Origin: an uncultured Acidobacteriota bacterium
Lineage (GTDB): Bacteria > Acidobacteriota > Thermoanaerobaculia > Gp7-AA8
Direction: 5' to 3'
NCBI GenBank assembly: GCA_963822445.1
Contig: CAWGHO010000003.1
Location: 1,600,001-1,664,000 of the forward strand
Length of the DNA stretch: 64,000 bases
Positions 19,758 to 29,873 of this stretch are shown here, piece after piece. A program made the translations under genes and the position numbers. Numbering within the stretch: the stretch's first letter is position 1; each line of letters opens with the position of its first letter. The notes under the pieces are model-generated. The model saw only the letters and a program-made list of their open reading frames with translations, made no database searches and was not told the DNA's origin.

Positions 19758-20461
19758 GCAACCTTAGTGTCGCCGTCGCCGATCCAAGAATCGCCGCGCG
19801 CGCCGTCGAGCTTCGCGACGCGCAGATGTTCACCCGGCGCGCCCGGGTGGACCGCCTGTTCGCGATCCTCCTGGTCGTGCAATACGTAGCGGGGATCCTC
19901 GGCGCGTGGGCCGTCTCGCCGTACGCGTGGGAAGGGAAGGATCGCGTGATCCACCTCCACGTGTGGGTCGCGGTGATCGCCGGCGCGGGCATCACGCTGC
20001 TTCCGCTGCTCATGGCCTGGTTCCGCCCGGGGCAGCCGCTCACGAGGCACATCATCGCCGCGTCGCAGATGCTCTCGTCCGCGCTGCTGATCCACCTCAC
20101 CGGCGGCCGCATCGAGACGCATTTCCACGTCTTCGGCTCGCTGGCCTTCCTCGCGTTCTATCTCGACTGGAAGGTGATCATCACCGCCACGGTCGTCGTC
20201 GCCGCCGACCATTTCGCGCGCGGCATCTTCTGGCCCGAGTCGGTCTACGGCATCGCGAATCCGGAGTGGTGGCGCTTCCTCGAGCACGCCGGCTGGGTCG
20301 TCTTCGAGGACATCTTCCTGATCTGGGCCTGCCTGTTCAGTGTTCGAGAGCTCGACGCGTCGGCCGTTGCCCAGGCGTCGGTCGAGCATCTGTCCGAACA
20401 GGAGCAGCTGAAGACTGCGGCGTTGGAGATGGCGCTCGCGGAAATGCAGGCTACAGCGTAG
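19754..20461 (+). CDS. multi-TM sensor-like membrane protein (IETHFHVFGSLAFL family) with no output domain
   Basis: 5-6 TM helices with intramembrane His residues, short coiled coil, then stop; ATGA-coupled. Confidence 0.7.
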   Translation: MSNLSVAVADPRIAARAVELRDAQMFTRRARVDRLFAILLVVQYVAGILGAWAVSPYAWEGKDRVIHLHVWVAVIAGAGITLLPLLMAWFRPGQPLTRHIIAASQMLSSALLIHLTGGRIETHFHVFGSLAFLAFYLDWKVIITATVVVAADHFARGIFWPESVYGIANPEWWRFLEHAGWVVFEDIFLIWACLFSVRELDASAVAQASVEHLSEQEQLKTAALEMALAEMQATA

Positions 20462-20931
20462 CCGCGTTACTCGTCTGCCTTCGCGGGCGTGCCCGGGGAC
20501 ATTCCCGCGGCCGCGAGCATCGTCGCTGCGCGACGCGCAAGAGCCTCTTTCCGTCCCTGTTCGACTTCGCGAAGCATCGCAGAAGCCTCGCGACGGTTCA
20601 TGTCCGATTGCGGCGCACCCCACACTGTCTTGCTACTCTATCCGTGGTGACTGCTGCCGAGGAGGGCGAATGGGGAGACACGTCAAACTCGTCTGGACAG
20701 GCTGGGCTGGTCCCGCGGAGTATGCTCTCGCGACGGCACACCCGTTGCCGTCGTAGAAGCCAAGAAGTTCACGGCCTAAGATGAGAAGAAGAGCCCGAAT
20801 GAGCGACACGCGACGATTCACGGCGGTGACCTACAGCGAAAACGGTGGCTACGTCGCCCTGTGCGCACCGCTTGACGTCGCCAGTCAGAAAACGCGGTTC
20901 CACGCGAAGCCGGGCAACGAGAGGCCTCGAC

Positions 20932-21165
20932 ATGACGCCATTTGACCGGATCACCGTAGAACCTGGAAAGATGAGTGGCCAACCGTGCATTCGGGGCATG
21001 AGGATCACGGTGAAGCGTGTCCTGCTTGCACTGGCGGAGTATCCGAACCGCGATGATTTTCGCCGGGCATACCCGGACGTCGACGACGAAGACATCCGGC
21101 AGGCGCTTGCCTACGCCGCCGCGAATCTTGAAGATCACATCGAAGAGCTCGTTCCGCTTCGATGA
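20932..21165 (+). CDS. DUF433 family antitoxin-like protein
   Basis: RITVEPGKMSGQPCIRGMRITV...EDIRQALAYAA. Confidence 0.9.
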   Translation: MTPFDRITVEPGKMSGQPCIRGMRITVKRVLLALAEYPNRDDFRRAYPDVDDEDIRQALAYAAANLEDHIEELVPLR

Positions 21166-21548
21166 GGCTCCTCCTTGATCACAACATGGCTGCATCGATC
21201 GTGGGTCCCTTGCGCAATCAAGGGATCGACGCAATTCACACTGGGTCCGTCGATCTGGCAACCGCTCCCGATGAACAGATTCTTGAATGGTGTCGTCGTG
21301 AGGGGCGAGTCGCGTTCACGCGAGACGCCGATTTCCATGCGATTCTCGCCCGCACCGGGCAGTCCGCGCCGTCGGTGGTGAGAATCCGGATTGAGCCACT
21401 GCCTGAGGACGAGCTCATTCGCATCATCGATTGGATTGTCCGTGAGAGGAAGAGTGATCTCGAGGCGGGCGTTGCGATCTCGGTCAAGGCCGGCTCGATT
21501 CGCACACATCATTTGCCGATCATTGCACCCGTAGATCTCGATGTCTGA
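21162..21548 (+). CDS. DUF5615/PIN-like toxin (VapC45-like)
   Basis: MRLLLDHN, DEQIL, TRDADF, PSVVRIR; ATGA overlap with DUF433 gene. Confidence 0.85.
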   Translation: MRLLLDHNMAASIVGPLRNQGIDAIHTGSVDLATAPDEQILEWCRREGRVAFTRDADFHAILARTGQSAPSVVRIRIEPLPEDELIRIIDWIVRERKSDLEAGVAISVKAGSIRTHHLPIIAPVDLDV

Positions 21549-21600
21549 CATCGTTCGCCGGCCGCGCGTTGTCCCAAGTAACGCGCGCCAGCCAAGGAGA

Positions 21601-21623
21601 CAGGCCGGAGGCCTGCACTACAC
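21601..21623 (-). repeat. single REP-like element (GTAGTGCAGGCCTCCGGCCTG family)
   Basis: CAGGCCGGAGGCCTGCACTACAC matches the right half of the 55592-55658 doublet; contains the aminotransferase stop. Confidence 0.65.
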
Positions 21624-22886
21624 GCGCGCCAGCGCCTCCCGCACCCGCCGCAATCCATCCTCGCAGTCGCGTACGCTCACCGCGCCGGCGCTGAGGCGGA
21701 ACCAGCCGTCTTCGCGTTTGAGGCCGAAGGCCTGGAAGGGGACGACGGCGAAGCCGGCCTCGTCGAGGAGAAATTTGCGGATCGCTTCGTTCGTGCCGAA
21801 GCGGTCGAGCAGGTTGAATTGCGCGGAGAGGTAGATCGCGCCTTGCGGTGCGATGGCGGTGACGGGGAGGCCGTCGCGGCGCATGGACATGATTCCTTCG
21901 TAGAGCGCGCCGAGGCGGAGGCGGAGCTCGCGGACCATCCGCTCGTGAAAGTCCGCGATCTCGTCGGGGCGGCGGAGGAACTCCGCGATGGCCAGCTGCT
22001 CGGCTTTCGGGGACCAGGCGCCCATGTGGCCGATGATGTCGCGCATCCGCGCGGTGACCGCGGGCGGCGCGACGGTCCAGCCGACGCGGAGACCCGTCGC
22101 GGCCAGGGCCTTGGAGATGCCGTCGACGAAGATCGTGTAGGCCGCTGATTCCGGCACAACCTGCGGCGGCGCCCAGTGACGGTTCTCGCCGAAGGTCAGC
22201 ATCCAGTAGACCTGATCCCACAACAGAAACAGCGCGCGTTCGCCGCTGGCGGCGCGGCGCTCGTTTTCCTCGACGACCAGCGTCGCGATTGTCTCGACCT
22301 CGCTCTGGCCATCACCGTGCCGGTCGGATTGAGCGGCGTGCAGACCGCGATCAGCGCGCGTCGCGAACGTGCGGGCGGATCATCTCCGCGGTCGGCATGA
22401 AGTTCGTCTCCGCGCCGACCACCAGCTCGACCGGCACGCCGCCGCTCAGGTAGGTGTAATGGTTGTTGTTCCAGGACGGCGTCGGGTAGATGACCTTGTC
22501 GCCGCGATCGACCGTTGCGGCGTAGGCGGCGATAGATGATCGGTCGCGATCCGCCGGCGATGAGCGTCGACTCGAGGGGATACTCGAGCTGGAGCTCGCG
22601 CGCGGAAAAGCTCGAGCACTGACTCTGCGCAGCTCCAGCGTTCCGTCCGACGGCGGGTAGTTGGTCTGCGCCGCGGCGAGGTTTTCGGCGATCAGCGCTT
22701 CGAGACCCGCAGGGATGCGGAACTCGGCAGGCGAGAAGTCGCCGACGGTGAGATCGGCACCGAGCGGCCTTCCCGTTTCAGCGCGCGGACTTCGCCGGCG
22801 ATCTTGAGAACTTCGGATCCCGTCATCCCCTGGGCGAGGGTGGAAAGGGACTGGTCGTTGAGCTGTCGGAGGACGGCGTCGATCAT
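21618..22886 (-). CDS. PLP-dependent class I/II aminotransferase (several frameshifts, probably sequencing errors)
   Basis: TNYPPSDG, PSWNNNHY, DQVY, DGISKALAATGLRVGW, WFRLS pieces in different frames. Confidence 0.8.
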
Positions 22887-23631
22887 CGGCGGCGATTGTA
22901 AGCGCGATGGATCTTCCAGAGGTCCTTGAGCGCGCGGAGAAAATCGGTCGAGCTTGACCTTCGATCCCTTGACGTCGTGCCAGACCATGATCGGCAGCTC
23001 GTAGATCGCGCTTGCGGCGACGTCGCCGCGTTCGCTGCTGCGCGAAGCGGGCGATGATCTCGACGTCGAAGATCCAGCGGGACAGGAACGGCGTGGACGA
23101 AGACGTCTGCGCATCGAGTCGCTCGACGCGGAAGAGCTTGGCCCCGCACTGCGTGTCGTAAACGGCCAGGCCGAGGGATGAGGAGATGAGCGTGGCGCCG
23201 ACGCGGCCGACGTAGTGGCGTCGCGGATTGCGGCTGATGGAGCGTCCGAGGAGGCGGACGCGCGCGGCGAAGACCATCTCGATCTCCGGCCGCGCGCTCG
23301 AACACTTCATGAACTCGCTGATCTCGATCGAGCGGCGTGGCCAGGTCGGCGTCCCAGAATCCGACGAGGTCCGGTGTCTTCGCTCCACGCCGCCAGCATC
23401 CCGTGCCGCACGGCCTCGGCCTTCCCGCGATTCCGCTCCAGGTTCAGCACGGAGAACCGCGCTGGGATCCGCGGCCGCGATCGACTCCAGCAGGCGAAGT
23501 GTGCCGTCGCGGCTGCCGTCATTGACGAAGCAGAACTCGACGCGTGCCCCTTCCAGCCGGAAGCGCTCGAACTCCTCGACGGGGAGGCGATGCTCTTCGT
23601 TGAAGCAGGGGACGACGACGATGAGATGCAC
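22883..23631 (-). CDS. GT2 glycosyltransferase (Dol-P-glucose/mannose synthase-like), frameshifted
   Basis: VVPCFNE, VNDGSRDGT, NRGKAEAVR, DTQCGAKLF, WIFDVEI, WHDVKGSKV. Confidence 0.8.
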
Positions 23632-23691
23632 GGCGGCGGATTGTAGAATGACGGGCCTGCTGACCCGTCAACATCTTGACCAGTCAGCGCA

Positions 23692-24309
23692 ATGACCATG
23701 ACCATCAGACACATCGAGACCACGGTTCACGGCCGCGTGGCCTTCGTGGAGCGCGATCCGGAACACCTCGTCGTCGGCTTCCACGGCTACGGTGAGCTCG
23801 CCGAGGCGCACCTCGCGCAGCTCGAGCAGATCCCCGGCGATTGGTCGCTGGCCGCGGTGCAGGCGCTTCATCCGTTCTATTCGAAAGGGGGCACGGTCAT
23901 CGGCGCGAACTGGATGACCAGCCTCGATCGGGAGCTGGCCATCGAGGACAACCTCGAGTACGTGCGGCGCGTGGTCGCCGAGATGCCATCCGCGCGCACG
24001 CTGGTCTTCCTCGGATTTTCCCAGGGCGCGGCCATGGCCGCCCGCGCGGCCGCGCACATCCCCGCGGCAGCGCTGATCGTCCTCGGCGGCGACATCCCTC
24101 CCGACGTCCGCGGCAGAAACATACCTCCGCTGTTTCTCGCGAGAGGCATTCGCGACGAGTGGTACACCGAAGAAAAGTTCAACGAAGACTTGAAGTTCTT
24201 CGAGCCGGCGAAAACGCTCGTCTTCGACGGCGGGCATGAATGGACCGATGAGTTTCGCGCGGCCGCGGGGGAGTTCCTGACCTCTCTGCGACGTTCTTCC
24301 TCTCCCTGA
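23692..24309 (+). CDS. alpha/beta hydrolase (phospholipase/carboxylesterase)
   Basis: FHGYG, GFSQG nucleophile elbow, D and GGH. Confidence 0.85.
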   Translation: MTMTIRHIETTVHGRVAFVERDPEHLVVGFHGYGELAEAHLAQLEQIPGDWSLAAVQALHPFYSKGGTVIGANWMTSLDRELAIEDNLEYVRRVVAEMPSARTLVFLGFSQGAAMAARAAAHIPAAALIVLGGDIPPDVRGRNIPPLFLARGIRDEWYTEEKFNEDLKFFEPAKTLVFDGGHEWTDEFRAAAGEFLTSLRRSSSP

Positions 24310-26150
24310 TGTCCCGTCTGGAACGCCTCAAGGCGCGCCTCAAAGAAATCCCCGACCGTCCCGGCGTTTACCTTCACAAGAATGCCGAGGGAGAAGTCAT
24401 CTACGTCGGGAAAGCGCGCAATCTCCGCAACCGCGTGAACTCCTACGTGGTCGGCAAGGGTGCGCGAAGCCATCCGCTGACGAACGCGCTGATTCCGGAG
24501 ATCGAAGGCATCGACTTCGTCACCACGAACAACGAGCTCGAGGCGATCCTCCTCGAGAACAACCTGATCAAGGCCCACCAGCCGCGCTACAACATCCTTC
24601 TCCGCGACGACAAGTCGTATCCGTACCTCAAGGTCACTCTGTCCGAGGATTACCCGCGGGTGGTGTTCACCCGGCGGATGGATCGGAAGAAGGGGGATCT
24701 CTTCTTCGGGCCGTTCTTCGCCGGCACCGCGCGGCGGATCCTCAAGCTGGTCGCCGATCAGTTCCAGCTCCGGAGCTGCGATCTCGACATCAGGGAAGGG
24801 AAGAACGCCCTTCTGCGTCCCTGCCTCTACTACGACATGCACCAGTGCCTCGGTCCGTGCGTCGTCGGCCTCACCACGACCGAGGCCTACCGGGAGATGG
24901 TCGACGACGTCGTGCTGTTCCTCGGCGGCAAGAGCAGGGAACTGCAGGACCGGTTGAGGAATCGGATGTACGGCGCGGCCGAGGGGGAGAACTTCGAGCT
25001 TGCGCGGTACTACCGCGATCTGATCCGCACCGTCGAGCGCATCCAGGCCGAGCAGCAGGTGGCCGGGCCGCAGGACGAGGACATGGACGTCTGGGGCCTC
25101 TACGAAGAAGGAGGCGACGTCGCGGTGCAGCTCTTCGTCATCCGCGACGGCAACGTCGTCGATCGCCGCGAGCTGTTCTGGGAGAAGGTCGAGGAGTACC
25201 AGGCCGGCTACTTCCTCAGCGAGATCCTCCAGCGCTACTACCAGGACAACCTGTTCATTCCACAGGAGATCCTGATCCCACTGGATGTGGAGGACAAGGA
25301 GCTGATCGACGCATGGCTGACCTCTACAGCTGGTAGAAAAGTCAGCGTTCGCGTTCCCCAGCGGGGGAAAGGCGTGGATCGCGTGGAACTGGCCAACCGC
25401 AACGCGCGGCTCTCGCATGAGTCCCGTTTCCGGAAGTCGACGCAGGATCGCATTCAGATCGCGACCTCCCGCCTCGGCGCGATCGTCGGGTACGAGGGCC
25501 GCGACGTCGCCAAGATCGAGTCCTTCGACATCTCGAACATCCAGGGGAGCGATTCGGTGGCGGGGATGGTCGTGCTGGACCGGGGGAAGTTCGACAAGAA
25601 GCAGTACCGGGTCTTCAACATCAAGACCGTGGTCGGTGCCGATGATTTTCGATCGATGGCCGAGGCGGTGGACCGGCGGTACCGGCGCCTGCTGGCGGAC
25701 GCGAAGCCGTTGCCGGACATGATCCTCATCGACGGCGGCCGCGGGCAGCTCAATGCGGCGCTCGCGGCTCTGAAGAAACTGGGCATCGAGGAGATCCCCA
25801 TCGCCGGGCTGGCGAAGCGGGAGGAGGAGATCTACATCCCCGAGCGCGAGGAGCCGATCCGTCTGGAGCGCCACGATCCGGCGCTGCAGGTCCTGCAAAT
25901 GGTGCGCGACGAAACGCACCGCTTCGCCGTTTCCTCGCACCGCCGCCGGCGGTCGAATCGCACGCTGCACAGCGAGCTCGATGACCTCCCGAACATCGGC
26001 GCGAAACGCAAACGCCTGCTGATCGAGCGCTTCGGCAGCGTCAGCGCGATCAAACAGGCCAGTGCACAGGATCTGGTCAATGTGCTGGGGCGGAAGGTGG
26101 GGCAGGGGTTGTGGGAGGAGTTGCACCAGACAGTGGGCGGTAGGCAGTAG
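24309..26150 (+). CDS. uvrC: excinuclease ABC subunit C
   Basis: GIY-YIG (PGVY..YVGKA), DDKSYPY, FDISN, DGGRGQ, RDETHRFA, HhH. Confidence 0.97.
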   Translation: MSRLERLKARLKEIPDRPGVYLHKNAEGEVIYVGKARNLRNRVNSYVVGKGARSHPLTNALIPEIEGIDFVTTNNELEAILLENNLIKAHQPRYNILLRDDKSYPYLKVTLSEDYPRVVFTRRMDRKKGDLFFGPFFAGTARRILKLVADQFQLRSCDLDIREGKNALLRPCLYYDMHQCLGPCVVGLTTTEAYREMVDDVVLFLGGKSRELQDRLRNRMYGAAEGENFELARYYRDLIRTVERIQAEQQVAGPQDEDMDVWGLYEEGGDVAVQLFVIRDGNVVDRRELFWEKVEEYQAGYFLSEILQRYYQDNLFIPQEILIPLDVEDKELIDAWLTSTAGRKVSVRVPQRGKGVDRVELANRNARLSHESRFRKSTQDRIQIATSRLGAIVGYEGRDVAKIESFDISNIQGSDSVAGMVVLDRGKFDKKQYRVFNIKTVVGADDFRSMAEAVDRRYRRLLADAKPLPDMILIDGGRGQLNAALAALKKLGIEEIPIAGLAKREEEIYIPEREEPIRLERHDPALQVLQMVRDETHRFAVSSHRRRRSNRTLHSELDDLPNIGAKRKRLLIERFGSVSAIKQASAQDLVNVLGRKVGQGLWEELHQTVGGRQ

Positions 26151-26160
26151 GCGGTAGGCG
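26131..26160 (+). repeat. heptamer tandem array CRGTRGG x4 spanning the uvrC stop
   Basis: CAGTGGG CGGTAGG CAGTAGG CGGTAGG. Confidence 0.75.
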
Positions 26161-26215
26161 GGGGAACCAGTGCGATAATCGCCGCGGTCCACGACAACGC
26201 GCGAAAAGACGAGGG

Positions 26216-27991
26216 GTGGCGGTGCAAATGCTCGAAGGCGAAATCAACGAGATCCAACTGGTCGAACGGCTCGTGGAGCTGTGGCGCGAGCAGTTCACCG
26301 GGGCGATCCGGTTCGAGAGCGACGGCATCATCAAGATCGTTTACTTCAAGGGCGGGGACATCCTCTCGGCTTCGACGAACGATCGCGCGGACTCGATCGA
26401 CGAGATCCTGATGAAGGCCGGCAAGGTCACCCGCGAGCATGTGAAGCAGGCCCTAGCCAAGCGCAAGGAAAGTGAGACCCTCGGCGACGCCCTGCTCAAC
26501 CTCGGATTCATCACCCGCAAAGAGCTGACCTGGGCGCGGCGCGTTCAGGTGGTCGGCGTCATCCGCTCGATCGCCGCGTGGCAGACCGGCTCGTTCACCA
26601 TCGTCGCCGACTACCTTCCGAAGCGCGACGAGGGCACGCTGTTCCCGCTGCCGCAGGTGCTGGTCGAGCTGATCGTCACCGAGCAGGATCGCCAGCAGTT
26701 CGAGCGGGCGATGGAGGGCGGCAACGCGGTTTTCACCAAGTCGGCTGATTTCGACGACGTCTTCCGCCGCCTCGGCCTGAACGAGGATGCCGAAGCGATT
26801 GCCAGGGAGATCAACGGGACGGCTTCCGCGGCGGAGATTGCGACGGCTTCGGGACGGGACACCTTCAACGCGTACAAACTGCTGCAGGCGCTGGCGACGC
26901 TCGGCGTCATCCAGCGCGGCGCAAAACCTCAAGTAGATCCTCAGTTTTCGATGGATGACTTTGCGTCGGTTGGAGTTGCGGACGCGGCGGACATGTGGAG
27001 CGAGCCGCCGGTCCCCGGTCCTGCGCCGGCGCCGATGTTCGAGCTCGACGAAGCGGAGGCGATCCGCCAGCCGACGCTGGAAGTGCCCATCGAGCCGATG
27101 TCCTTCGAAGCAGTGACTCCCGAACCGGAGCCGGCGGCTTCCACATCGGCCTGGGACGACGACGCTGTCGAAGAGCCGGTCATCGCGGCGCCGCCTCCAC
27201 CCGCGGCCATGCCTTCCTGGGATGTCGACGCGCCCACCAAGCCGGAAGCGGAAGAGCAGTGGGGATTCGACGAGGCTCAGATCGAGACCGCCGCCCGAGC
27301 GAAAGTGCCCGTGACCGCGAGCGCGCCGGTGATCACACCCGCGCCGAAGGTCACCAAACCGGCCCGGGTGAAGGAAGGCAAGGGCGGACGCTTCGGATTC
27401 ATCCTGGCCCTGCTGGTCCTCGCGATTCTGGCCGGAGCCGGCTACTTCGGGTGGATGTGGTGGCAGAACCGGGAGGCGGAACCGGCCGTGACGGTTGTGA
27501 CCACTCCGCAGCCGAAATCTGCGCCTACGACGCCTCCAGAGACGGGAACGATGGTCGCGGTAACGGAAACGACCGCAACCGAAACGACCGCGACGGTTGC
27601 TCCGGCGACGACGACCACAGCCGTTGCTGAAGCGCCGCCCGCCCGGGCTCCGCTTCAGATCACGCCGGCCGAACCCGCTCCGACTCCCGCTGCACCGGCG
27701 AACGCCTCGCGCGAGCGCTACGACGCCCTGGCCCGCGAGTACGCGGCGAACGCGACCGGCAACTTCACGGTCCAGGTGCAGATCCTCTGCGACCCTTCGA
27801 ACCTCGGCAAAGCGATCACCGCAGGCGGGCAGAACATCTGGTTCGTGCCTCAGCCGATCGGTACGCGCTCCTGCTACCGCGTGTTCTGGGGTCGCTACGC
27901 TACTCGCGAGGAAGCGCAGCGCGCTCTCGCGAACGTGCCGTCCTCGCTGCGCGATCCGAGCGCGGCTGTGAAACCCGTCCCGAAAGGCTGA
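26216..27991 (+). CDS. DUF4388-like domain + Pro/acidic linker + TM + C-terminal SPOR-like domain
   Basis: FTGAIRF..IVYFKGGDI.SAS; TM near aa 395-415; FTVQV, YRVFWGRYATREEA. Confidence 0.75.
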   Translation: MAVQMLEGEINEIQLVERLVELWREQFTGAIRFESDGIIKIVYFKGGDILSASTNDRADSIDEILMKAGKVTREHVKQALAKRKESETLGDALLNLGFITRKELTWARRVQVVGVIRSIAAWQTGSFTIVADYLPKRDEGTLFPLPQVLVELIVTEQDRQQFERAMEGGNAVFTKSADFDDVFRRLGLNEDAEAIAREINGTASAAEIATASGRDTFNAYKLLQALATLGVIQRGAKPQVDPQFSMDDFASVGVADAADMWSEPPVPGPAPAPMFELDEAEAIRQPTLEVPIEPMSFEAVTPEPEPAASTSAWDDDAVEEPVIAAPPPPAAMPSWDVDAPTKPEAEEQWGFDEAQIETAARAKVPVTASAPVITPAPKVTKPARVKEGKGGRFGFILALLVLAILAGAGYFGWMWWQNREAEPAVTVVTTPQPKSAPTTPPETGTMVAVTETTATETTATVAPATTTTAVAEAPPARAPLQITPAEPAPTPAAPANASRERYDALAREYAANATGNFTVQVQILCDPSNLGKAITAGGQNIWFVPQPIGTRSCYRVFWGRYATREEAQRALANVPSSLRDPSAAVKPVPKG

Positions 27992-27995
27992 GCTC

Positions 27996-28424
27996 GTGCC
28001 TTGGCTCGTCGACGGCAGCAACGTCCTCGGAGCGATGCACGCGGACCGTCACAGCGACGAGGCCAAGCGCGGCCTGATGCGGCTACTGGCCGGATTCGCG
28101 CGGGCGAAGAAAACGAGGGTGACTTGCATCTTCGACGGTCCGGAGCCGGACAACTTCGGGCGGCACCTCGGCGCGGTCATTGCCGTGTTCAGCGGCCCCC
28201 GTTCGGCCGACGACCTGATCGCCGAGCGCGCCGCGCAGGGGCGCGGATGGAGCGTGGTCACGTCTGATCGCGGACTCGCTGCGCGGGTGCAGCGGCGGCA
28301 GGTAACCATCGTTGCGCCGGGAGCGTTCATCCGGGAGATGGAGCAATCGGCGACAGGGGAGGAACTGGCCGGGGATGACTGGTCGACCTGGTTCTCGGAC
28401 CCGAAAAACCGGATCGATTTTTGA
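27996..28424 (+). CDS. NYN-domain (YacP/Rae1-like) ribonuclease
   Basis: LVDGSN, IFDG, SADDLI, VVTSDRGL. Confidence 0.85.
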   Translation: MPWLVDGSNVLGAMHADRHSDEAKRGLMRLLAGFARAKKTRVTCIFDGPEPDNFGRHLGAVIAVFSGPRSADDLIAERAAQGRGWSVVTSDRGLAARVQRRQVTIVAPGAFIREMEQSATGEELAGDDWSTWFSDPKNRIDF

Positions 28425-28460
28425 TGTCGGCAGGCCGACATTCTTACTAAGTTGCTAAAT

Positions 28461-28519
28461 CATCAATCATTTAGCTGAGTCAATTTCCGGGAAGTTTCCC
28501 CCGCCGACGTTGTTATCGT
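28461..28519 (+). promoter_or_regulatory. rnpB promoter region: IHF-like site and extended -10
   Basis: CATCAATCATTTA at 28461-28473; TGtTATCGT about 6 nt upstream of the RNA 5' end. Confidence 0.45.
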
Positions 28520-28525
28520 CCGAGC

Positions 28526-28900
<375 letters not shown>

Positions 28901-28948
28901 GCTTTTTTCAATCGTCGAGCAACGAGGCCCGAGTACCATTCGCGGCTC

Positions 28949-29860
28949 ATGTTGATCCGACCGCGAGCCCTGCCCGATCGAGCGCACATCGCCGTTCTCG
29001 CGGCGTCGGGTCCGTCCGAGGTTTCGCGCATTGAAGAAGCTGCGCGGGTGATCGAGCGACGCGGGCACCGCGTCACCCTTGCGCCGAACATCGGGCTGCG
29101 CCATCGCGGGTATCTCGCGGGCTCCGATGACGAGCGGGTGGAAACGCTCAACCGATTCTTTAGGTCTGCGGAGTACGACGCATTTTTCTTTGCCCGCGGC
29201 GGATACGGTGCGATGCGCATTCTCGATCGCATCGATTACCCAGCCATTGCCGCGGATCCGCGTCCCGTCGTCGGCTTCAGCGACGTCACCGCTCTCCATC
29301 AGGCCATGGCCACGCAGGTCAATGTCGCCGGGCTGCATGGGCCGATGCTCAATCTCGACTTTCATGGCGGGCTGTCTGCCGACCGGGAGGAGTGGTTCTG
29401 GTCGATGCTCGCCGGGCAGGCGCCGATGACCTACGACTTCGGATCGGACGACGTCCTCATCGACGGCGAAGCGGAGGGCGTTCTGTTCGGCGGGTGCCTG
29501 GCGTTGACCGCGGCGTTGATGGGAACGCCGTACGACTTCTGGATCGACGGCGGGATCTGGTTCTGGGAAGACACGGACGAGCCGGTCTACCGCATTGATC
29601 GCATGTTGACCCACTTACGGCTGTCTGGCAGAATGCAGCGCATCCGAGGCGTGGTCATTGGTGCGCTGAAGAACTGCGGAAACGAAGCAGAAATGCTGGT
29701 GCTTCTGCGAGATACGTTCGGGTCCCTCGACATCCCAGTCGTCTATAACCTGCCGTTCGGGCACCAGGGAAACAACCTCCTGCTGCCCATCGGTGTACCC
29801 GTCCATCTCGACACTCGCACGCGGCGTCTGACGCTCACTGAGCCCGCGGTCGTCCGATAG
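28949..29860 (+). CDS. ldcA: LD-carboxypeptidase (peptidase S66)
   Basis: ARGGYG, GFSDVT, HGP, EDTDE, FGH. Confidence 0.9.
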   Translation: MLIRPRALPDRAHIAVLAASGPSEVSRIEEAARVIERRGHRVTLAPNIGLRHRGYLAGSDDERVETLNRFFRSAEYDAFFFARGGYGAMRILDRIDYPAIAADPRPVVGFSDVTALHQAMATQVNVAGLHGPMLNLDFHGGLSADREEWFWSMLAGQAPMTYDFGSDDVLIDGEAEGVLFGGCLALTAALMGTPYDFWIDGGIWFWEDTDEPVYRIDRMLTHLRLSGRMQRIRGVVIGALKNCGNEAEMLVLLRDTFGSLDIPVVYNLPFGHQGNNLLLPIGVPVHLDTRTRRLTLTEPAVVR

Positions 29861-29873
29861 GGGTCCAGCAGGC

